From Pyrococcus furiosus DSM 3638 (lineage in GTDB: Archaea; Methanobacteriota_B; Thermococci; Thermococcales; Thermococcaceae), in assembly GCF_000007305.1 (NCBI RefSeq), contig NC_003413.1:707318-739317 (forward strand): 32,000 bases of DNA, in the 5' to 3' direction. The translations under genes and the position numbers were made by a program. The stretch's first letter is position 1. Every line of letters starts with the position of its first letter. Shown here piece after piece: positions 25,278 through 32,000 of the stretch. The notes under the pieces were generated by a model. The model was not told where the DNA came from, did not search any database, and saw only the letters and a list, made by a program, of their open reading frames with translations.

Positions 25278-25891
25278 AGAGATCACCAATTACAAATAGT
25301 ATTAATTACGAATTTAAGTTTTTTCTAAACTTTATGTTTAAAACATTAAGTTAACAAACTACTATAAAAAAAGCAATATCCTGTGAACCTAATTTCTGAA
25401 TATCGAGTACTTAAAAACTTACAACTTCCGATAGTTTTCACTGTTTTGGACGTATATAATCTTAGACCAACCATAGAGGGATTTTATCATCAGAGAAGAT
25501 ACAACGATGGTCCCCCGTGGAAAGGAGCAGGGAAATACCGAATGCCATTGGTATTGAGAGTCCCATCCCCGGATACTTGGAGATGTAGAGGGGCGCAAAG
25601 AATGCCACAGGAGCAATGACTCCCTTTGCAACGTCAAGGCGTATCGAATGGAACAGGAACGTTATAAGGATTACCGGAAAAGTGAAGCTGAAGAGGAGAG
25701 GAGCCGATATTAGGACTCCACTGAATATCTTTGTCAGGGAGAGTGGATTGCCTAGGTATGATATTCAGTAAGCATCCATCCGGCGATACTACCCAAAGCT
25801 ATCCCCCGTGATTCCTATGATAAAACCTCCGAGAGTTCTAATGAACACAAGCTGAACCGGATCAAGCGGAAGACTGAGGAGCATCTCGTGG

Positions 25892-26026
25892 ATGCCCAAA
25901 AGCTTCTCCCTGGAAACCGTGACGCTGAAGAAGAGGGCACTTGAAATTCTCGATGAAAAATACGCCAGAGGCGAGATAGACGACGAGGAATATCAGAGAA
26001 GAAAGAGAAAGCTTCTTGAAGGGTGA
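25892..26026 (+). CDS. Short ORF ending in a SHOCT-like domain, probably a remnant
   Basis: KKRALEILDEKYARGEIDDEEYQRRKRKLLEG matches the SHOCT motif (short C-terminal domain). No intact N-terminal membrane part is present upstream. Confidence 0.35.
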   Translation: MPKSFSLETVTLKKRALEILDEKYARGEIDDEEYQRRKRKLLEG

Positions 26027-26044
26027 GGATTAACAGCTCAATCC

Positions 26045-26650
26045 TCAGTCTTTTGTAGCTATTATCAGCCTCACGATATCATAGAAGAGGTTCTCGACCT
26101 TTTCTATTTTAAAGCCCGCCCTCTCGATGTTTCTCTGAGTTTCCCTCAGCAGAGAAGTTCCGAGGAGCGTTCTTATGAAGGGCTCCATGAGGTAGAGGGG
26201 GACGTTGAGAAGCTTTGACTCGCTTTTCATGTGCTCAAGAAATATTGCTCTTCCTCCAGGTTTTAGCACTCTGTAAGCCTCTTTTAGCCCTTTAATCGGA
26301 TCTGGAACTGTACAGAAGACGAACGTGCTAACTATGGTGTCGAAGGTATTATCCTCAAACTCCAGATCTTGGGCGTCCATGTATAAAAGCGTGACGTTCT
26401 CTAACCTGAGCTTCCTTCTCCGTTCTTCAGCTTTTTTAAGCATGTTTCTGCTGAAGTCTATGCCAATAACCTCCACATCCTTCGGGTAATATGGGAGGTT
26501 CTTTCCCGTTCCTACTCCTATCTCGAGGACTTTACCCCTAACAAGACTTAGGGCTCTTTTCCTGTATTTTGAAAAAGCTCGTATCTCCATAGGGCTTTCA
26601 AACAGATCATAAATCTTTGCAAATCTATCATATTTTTTCGCGGGGTTCAC
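26045..26650 (-). CDS. Class I SAM-dependent methyltransferase (UbiE/COQ5-like)
   Basis: It has VLEIGVGTGKNLPYYP, VIGIDFS, FDTIVSTFVFC and LKPGGRAIFLEH. Confidence 0.85.
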   Translation of the reverse strand: MNPAKKYDRFAKIYDLFESPMEIRAFSKYRKRALSLVRGKVLEIGVGTGKNLPYYPKDVEVIGIDFSRNMLKKAEERRRKLRLENVTLLYMDAQDLEFEDNTFDTIVSTFVFCTVPDPIKGLKEAYRVLKPGGRAIFLEHMKSESKLLNVPLYLMEPFIRTLLGTSLLRETQRNIERAGFKIEKVENLFYDIVRLIIATKD

Positions 26651-26805
26651 GGTTCTCGCCTGTTAATTATCCTTGCAAACTTCCAAATTAAGATTATCCT
26701 TCCATTCTGGCAAAGGAACAACTTTTTGGTTGCCATGCTGGGAATGATAAGCCTATTATCCCTTGCTCACCTAGGTGTGTATTAGAAAAGGGGGAGGATG
26801 ATAAG

Positions 26806-27165
26806 ATGGAGTGGAAGTCACTGCTAATTGGTTTCATAATTGGGGCGCTCATAGCAATCCCGTATGGCCTAGCCCACAGTGGCGGGTTTGACGTTGGAGA
26901 GAAGACCGGTTCGCACGGGGGCTTTGGTCCAATGGGCGGTCATGGAATGGGCATGGAAATGATGGGCTACGGCATGCACGGCATGATGGACGAACACGAG
27001 GAGATGGAGGAGTACATGACCGATGGGAACTTCACCGAGCTTCATGAGGAAATGGAGGAGGAGATGGAAGAGCACATGGGTGTTAACTGGGAAGAAATGA
27101 AGGAAATGCACGAGGCATGTGAGAAGTATATGGGTTTTGAAGAAGAGGAAGAAGAGAACCCATGA
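26806..27165 (+). CDS. Membrane-anchored Met/His/Glu-rich protein (putative Cu/metal-binding)
   Basis: It has an N-terminal TM helix, then GGHGMGMEMMGYGMHGMMDEHEEMEEYM...EEMEEEMEEHM...EEMKEMHEACEKYM. GGGGGAGG lies upstream of the ATG. Confidence 0.65.
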   Translation: MEWKSLLIGFIIGALIAIPYGLAHSGGFDVGEKTGSHGGFGPMGGHGMGMEMMGYGMHGMMDEHEEMEEYMTDGNFTELHEEMEEEMEEHMGVNWEEMKEMHEACEKYMGFEEEEEENP

Positions 27166-27280
27166 CTTGCCTAATCTTTTATATATTTTGAGGGATTGGT
27201 GCTGTGAAAGGACTTTTTATGCTCAATGTCCTCAGTGTCATTCCATGAAATTTGGCAACTTACATAAGAGGTGCCACAAA

Positions 27281-28022
27281 ATGAAAAAGACCATCTTGAT
27301 ATTATTTGGTCTGTTAAGTATGGGTGGAGGAGTTTTAGCTGAACCCATAAACGAATTTACGGGATTGACGACCCTTTCCGTAATAGCACTTGGAATTCTG
27401 AATGCATTAAGGCCCTCTATTTTTCTGATGATTGTGTTTCTCCTCTCGATGATAGCCCTGATCGACAAAAATAAGGTTCTCAAAGTTGGACTTTCGTTTA
27501 CTGCGGGAGCTTTTTCTGGGATATACCATAATAGCCTCCGTCTTGATGAACCTCCACGGAAAATTTATCGGCTTAAGGTACTTTGTTGTGGCATTTGGGA
27601 TCTTAGTTGGAGCCTACAAAATAGCATCATCTCTGGAATACGTAAAAATATTCCCAAGCAACCCCCTGAGGGAGAAAAGCAACAGAATTCTTGAGAGGGC
27701 CACATCACCACCGAGTGCTTTTTTAGTGGGTGGCATAATGTCTTTTCTCTCTCTTTCGTGTGTTCTTCCCTCGTACCTGCTTGTAACCTCTTTGTTATCT
27801 GATGGATTCCCCTTAGGCACTAGGGCAGTACTCTTGGGAACGTTCATTGGGATTTCAATGCTTCCCTCGGCATTAGTTACGTTGGGGTTCCACTCTAGAA
27901 GCAGATATGCAAAGCTCGGCGAAGCTGTCAACAAACTCTCAAAAATGAGTGGAAGAGGGGACTTAGCCATGGGCATGGTGCTCGTGTTCGTGAGCATCCT
28001 TTACCTTCTGTTCCTTGGGTAG
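27281..28022 (+). pseudogene. CcdA/DsbD-like integral membrane protein, frameshifted at a T5 run
   Basis: GAGGTG lies 8 nt before the ATG at 27281. The protein (MKKTILILFGLLSM...LSFTAGAF) continues as LGYTIIASVLMNLHGKF...SFLSLSCVLPSYLL... in the next frame after the ttttt at 27511-27515. Confidence 0.55.
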
Positions 28023-28583
28023 TTTAACTTTCTCTAAATTTTCCCTTGCCTTCTTGAACTCTCTAAAGCAAGTTGGACAGCAGAAGAAGTAGACTTTGTT
28101 ATGGTACTTGTAAACTATAGGTTCTCCAACGATTTCCTTTCCGCAGTAGTCGCACTTGAAGGGCACCTTTATTTTTGGTTTGAGCTTCTTTTCTCTGGTC
28201 TCAAGGATTGGCATTATCTCAATGACCTCCACACCAGTACCCTCAATAACCCGCCTGAAGTCTTCCATATTTTCCACAGCGACTTTTATGAGGTACTTCG
28301 TGCTTGTAAAGCGGTTTATCTCGATTATCTCCTCGAACTCATCCATCTTCTCTGGGTTCTCCGTTTTGACAACTAGAGCAACTACATTGTGAGCCCTCTG
28401 AAGTTCCGGGTTTAGCTTTATGGTGTAGCCTTGGATTATCCCTTCCTTTTCGAGCTTTTCTAGTCTAGATCTTATCGTAGGTCTGCTAACTCCGAGCCTA
28501 TCGGCCAGCTCAGATATACTTAGCCTTGCATCGTCCATTAAAAGGTATATGAGCTTTAGATCCAAATCATCTAACTTGGTCAT
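27963..28583 (-). CDS. copR: Copper-responsive regulator: Lrp/AsnC HTH + ACT-like domain + TRASH metal-binding domain + His-rich tail
   Basis: It has MTKLDDLDLKLIYLLMDDARLSISELADRLGVSRPTIRSRLEKLEKEGII (Lrp HTH). The TRASH domain is CDYCGKEI...x...CCPTC. The C-terminus is HEHEHHAHG. It is divergent from copA. Confidence 0.85.
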   Translation of the reverse strand: MTKLDDLDLKLIYLLMDDARLSISELADRLGVSRPTIRSRLEKLEKEGIIQGYTIKLNPELQRAHNVVALVVKTENPEKMDEFEEIIEINRFTSTKYLIKVAVENMEDFRRVIEGTGVEVIEIMPILETREKKLKPKIKVPFKCDYCGKEIVGEPIVYKYHNKVYFFCCPTCFREFKKARENLEKVKLPKEQKVKDAHEHEHHAHG

Positions 28584-28614
28584 TCCAACACCCCCATTCC
28601 CTGGGAGTATTAGT

Positions 28615-28658
28615 TGCCAAAATATAAAAAACATTTGGTTAGTGTTTACATTTTGGCA
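28615..28658. promoter_or_regulatory. Perfect 9-bp inverted repeat bracketing the shared A/T-rich TATA region of the copR/copA divergent promoters
   Basis: tgccaaaat (28615-28623) pairs with attttggca (28650-28658). The spacer contains atataaaaaac. Confidence 0.45.
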
Positions 28659-28676
28659 TGAATAATACCCATTAAG

Positions 28677-28707
28677 TTTCGTCACAAAGTAAATATTGGT
28701 GACGAAA
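28677..28707 (+). promoter_or_regulatory. 9-bp stem / 13-nt loop inverted repeat covering the candidate copA start codons
   Basis: tttcgtcac (28677-28685) pairs with gtgacgaaa (28699-28707). TTG 28696 is in the loop, GTG 28699 is in the stem, and GTG 28708 lies just after it. Confidence 0.35.
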
Positions 28708-31107
28708 GTGAAGATCACTCTTAAAGTTAATGGTATGACATGTGCAATGTGCGTTAAAACCATAGAGATGGCTTTAACTGAATTGGAGGGGGTTAAAGTT
28801 GCAAAGGCAAATCTAAACAATGAGACCGTCTTTGTTGACTTTGATGAGTCAAAAGTTAGCCTAAATCAGATCATCAAAGCCATCGAAGATGTGGGCTACG
28901 AGGTGATAAGGGAGCGCAGGGATGCTGTGATAAAGATAGGTGGTATGACATGTGCAATGTGCGTTAAAACCATTGAAAATGCGATAAAGGAGCTCCCTGG
29001 GGTTATGGAGGTAAGCGTAAACCTTGCAACTGAAAGCGCAAGAGTCTCTTACAATCCGTCCATTTTAACAATCGAAGACATCAAAAAAGCCATTGAGAGC
29101 GTTGGTTACGAGTTTTTGGGTGTAGAAGGAGAAGAGAGTCACGACATAGAAAAAGAGGTAAGGGAAAAGCACATAAGGGAGATGAAGCGCAACCTTTTAG
29201 TAGCTTGGAGTGTTGGGATACCTCTGTTTATTTCTATGCAACTAAAGAGGTTTGGATTCCACATTGAAAATCTTATCTATGTCCAGTTTCTTCTTGCGAC
29301 AATAGCGATAGCCTACGCTGGTAGGGGAATTTTCAAAAAGGCTTATTCATCGCTTAGACATAAGACGCTCAACATGGAGGTCATGTACTCTTTGGGCATA
29401 GGTTCCGCTTATCTGACGAGCGTTCTGGCTACATTTGGGATAATTCCAAGGGAGTTTAACTTTTATGAGGCCAGTGTTCTTCTCATGGCGTTTCTTCTCT
29501 TGGGTCGTTACCTTGAAGCGAAAGCAAAGGGGAGAACAAGCGAGGCAATAAAGAAACTCATTGGTCTTCAGGCAAAGAGAGCTACCATTGTAAGAGATGG
29601 AAAGGAAATCGAGGTTCCAATCAGTGAAGTTAAAGTTGGAGATATAGTTATCGTAAAGCCGGGTGAGAGGATTCCGGTGGATGGAGTGGTTATTGAAGGG
29701 GAAAGTTATGTTGACGAATCCATGCTCACAGGCGAACCCATTCCCAACCTAAAGAAGAAGGGAGACAAAGTTATTGGGGGAACTATAAACAAGAACTCTG
29801 TCCTAAAGATTAAAGCGGAAAAAGTTGGAAGGGATACACTCCTCGCCCAGATAATAAAACTTGTTGAAGAGGCCCAAAACACAAAGCCCCCCGTGCAGAG
29901 ATTTGCTGATACTGTGGTTACTTATTTTATACCTACTGTCCTTGCTGTGTCTCTCCTCTCCTTTGCATACTGGTACTTCATAGCTGATAAACCATTGGTG
30001 TTCGCCTTCACTACTCTACTCAGCGTTCTTGTCATAGCCTGTCCGTGTGCCTTTGGTTTAGCAACTCCAACAGCTTTGACGGTAGGCATTGGGAAGGGAG
30101 CTGAGCTCGGAATACTAATCAAAAACGGTGAGGCGTTGGAGATAGCTAAAAATGCCACAGTTGTCCTCTTTGATAAAACCGGAACACTTACAAAAGGAAA
30201 GCCAGAGGTTACGGATGTGATATCGTTGGATATAGATGAAAAAGAGCTATTATCATTAGCTGCATCTGCAGAAAAGCGTTCTGAGCATCCTCTTGGCGAA
30301 GCAATCGTAAGAAAGGCAGAAGAGCTTGGAATTGAGATAGAAGAACCCGAGAAGTTTAAAGTATTGCCTGGAAGGGGAGTTGAGGCCAGAGTCAGGGGAA
30401 AGGAAGTCGTTGTTGGTAACAAAAAGCTCATTGCTGAAAAAGGTATCAGTCTTGAGGGGGTTAAAAATATTATCCATAGGCTAGAGAATGAAGCCAAGAC
30501 GGTAGTTATAGTAGTAGTGGATGGGAAGATAGTGGGAATTATCGGCATAGCAGACACGCTCAAAGAAGGAGCTAGAGAAGCTATTGAAGAGCTCCACCGA
30601 ATGGGAAAGAAGGTAGGAATAATAACGGGAGACAACAAACGGACAGCAGAAGCGATAGGGAAGATTTTGGGAGTTGACTACATACTTGCTGAGGTTTTAC
30701 CAGGGGATAAAGCTAATGAAGTTAGAAAGCTTCAGGAAAAGGGAGAAATCGTGATATTTGTGGGTGATGGGATAAATGATGCACCTGCTTTAGCTCAGGC
30801 AGATGTTGGTATAGCAGTAGGGAATGCAACTGATATAGCGATGGAGAGCGGGGACATAGTGCTAATTAGAAATGATCCAAGAGACGTTGTTAGAGCAATA
30901 AGGCTTAGTCAGAAGACATTATCAAAAATAAAGCAAAATATATTCTGGGCGATGTTTTACAACACACTATTAATTCCCTTTGCTGCAGGACTTTCTTACA
31001 AGATCTTTGGTGTTACTTTTCAGCCTGAATGGGCTGCTGGCGCCATGAGCTTAAGCAGTGTAAGCGTTGTCACAAATTCCCTTCTACTTAAACGGGTTAG
31101 AATTTAA
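28696..31107 (+). CDS. copA: Copper-translocating P1B-type ATPase with two N-terminal HMA domains
   Basis: It has two GMTCAMC motifs, TGE, the CPC TM6 motif ([11 protein letters not shown]), DKTGTLT, and [10 protein letters not shown]. The exact start is ambiguous (TTG 28696, GTG 28699 or GTG 28708). Confidence 0.95.
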   Translation: MVTKVKITLKVNGMTCAMCVKTIEMALTELEGVKVAKANLNNETVFVDFDESKVSLNQIIKAIEDVGYEVIRERRDAVIKIGGMTCAMCVKTIENAIKELPGVMEVSVNLATESARVSYNPSILTIEDIKKAIESVGYEFLGVEGEESHDIEKEVREKHIREMKRNLLVAWSVGIPLFISMQLKRFGFHIENLIYVQFLLATIAIAYAGRGIFKKAYSSLRHKTLNMEVMYSLGIGSAYLTSVLATFGIIPREFNFYEASVLLMAFLLLGRYLEAKAKGRTSEAIKKLIGLQAKRATIVRDGKEIEVPISEVKVGDIVIVKPGERIPVDGVVIEGESYVDESMLTGEPIPNLKKKGDKVIGGTINKNSVLKIKAEKVGRDTLLAQIIKLVEEAQNTKPPVQRFADTVVTYFIPTVLAVSLLSFAYWYFIADKPLVFAFTTLLSVLVIACPCAFGLATPTALTVGIGKGAELGILIKNGEALEIAKNATVVLFDKTGTLTKGKPEVTDVISLDIDEKELLSLAASAEKRSEHPLGEAIVRKAEELGIEIEEPEKFKVLPGRGVEARVRGKEVVVGNKKLIAEKGISLEGVKNIIHRLENEAKTVVIVVVDGKIVGIIGIADTLKEGAREAIEELHRMGKKVGIITGDNKRTAEAIGKILGVDYILAEVLPGDKANEVRKLQEKGEIVIFVGDGINDAPALAQADVGIAVGNATDIAMESGDIVLIRNDPRDVVRAIRLSQKTLSKIKQNIFWAMFYNTLLIPFAAGLSYKIFGVTFQPEWAAGAMSLSSVSVVTNSLLLKRVRI
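28731..28763 (+). repeat. 33-nt perfect direct repeat, copy 1 (first HMA domain)
   Basis: tggtatgacatgtgcaatgtgcgttaaaaccat is identical at 28941-28973, exactly 210 nt (70 codons) away. Confidence 0.9.
28941..28973 (+). repeat. 33-nt perfect direct repeat, copy 2 (second HMA domain)
   Basis: Identical to 28731-28763. Confidence 0.9.
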
Positions 31108-31122
31108 AGGAGGTGAAAGGAG

Positions 31123-31425
31123 ATGATAATTGAATATGATGGAGAGATAGATTTTACAAAGGGAAGAGTTGTGCTGTGGTTTTCTATCCCAGGTTGCCCT
31201 CCATGCAGGTTAGTTGAGAGGTTTATGACGGAGTTAAGTGAGTACTTTGAGGACATTCAAATTGTTCATATAAATGCAGGGAAATGGAAAAACATTGTTG
31301 ATAAGTTTAACATTCTAAATGTTCCTACTCTAGTTTATCTCAAAGATGGAAGGGAAGTTGGAAGGCAGAATCTTATAAGAAGTAAGGAAGAAATTCTAAA
31401 AAAGCTTAAGGAACTCCAGGAGTAG
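31123..31425 (+). CDS. Thioredoxin/glutaredoxin-like protein (CPPC)
   Basis: It has WFSIPGCPPCRLVERF and a cis-Pro region NVPTLVYL. AGGAGGTGA lies upstream. It starts 15 nt after copA. Confidence 0.85.
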   Translation: MIIEYDGEIDFTKGRVVLWFSIPGCPPCRLVERFMTELSEYFEDIQIVHINAGKWKNIVDKFNILNVPTLVYLKDGREVGRQNLIRSKEEILKKLKELQE

Positions 31426-31513
31426 TATTTAGCAATTCACTGTAGCTCCTGGATCTAAAGTAAAGTTACGACAATAAACCAAACATTAAAATACACAAAT
31501 TGGGAAGAATTAA

Positions 31514-32000
<487 letters not shown>

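Noticed and set aside
29922-30638. Minus-strand 238-aa ORF inside copA
   Set aside because: It is antisense to an unambiguous P-type ATPase gene and gives a Ser/Pro-rich shadow translation.

Overview
The window looks like a Thermococcales (Pyrococcus/Thermococcus-type) chromosome. GGTGAT/GGAGGT Shine-Dalgarno motifs sit about 4 nt before starts, genes are tightly packed, and there are no rRNA genes, tRNA genes or CRISPR arrays. From memory, the 3' end (Lrp/TRASH regulator, CopA ATPase, CPPC thioredoxin-like protein, ferritin) closely resembles the Pyrococcus furiosus copR-copA-ferritin neighbourhood; I could not verify this by search.

Gene content is dominated by redox, thiol and metal homeostasis: a DsbD/CcdA fusion, DsrE-like protein, peroxiredoxin, FMN reductase, FTR1 iron permease, thioredoxin-like proteins, HMA chaperone, CopR/CopA, ferritin, nitroreductase and flavodoxin.

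The window is compositionally mosaic. GC-rich blocks lie at about 1-7000, 10680-12390 and 16400-20650. A very AT-rich block lies at about 20650-25400. Disrupted genes are unusually dense in or next to these blocks.

Four observations stand out:
1. An AT-rich minus-strand operon (21377-25277) encodes an Ala-rich small peptide, an unknown protein, a radical SAM/SPASM-like enzyme and a dedicated ABC exporter. It looks like an undescribed archaeal RiPP/archaeocin-type system. Both the peptide and the radical SAM enzyme need a -1 frame change at a homopolymer or slippery heptamer to be made in full.
2. An intact heliorhodopsin-like 7-TM gene keeps the Schiff-base Lys and the counter-ion Glu. It sits next to a decayed pyrimidine-dimer glycosylase.
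3. A fused HgcA-HgcB-like corrinoid/ferredoxin membrane protein is translationally coupled to a SAM methyltransferase. An HMA chaperone and a P-type ATPase remnant flank the pair.
4. A Met/His/Glu-rich membrane-anchored protein lies beside copR/copA, with possible shared operator half-sites.

All calls rest on reading the sequence and the ORF track. No database searches or computed statistics were available.
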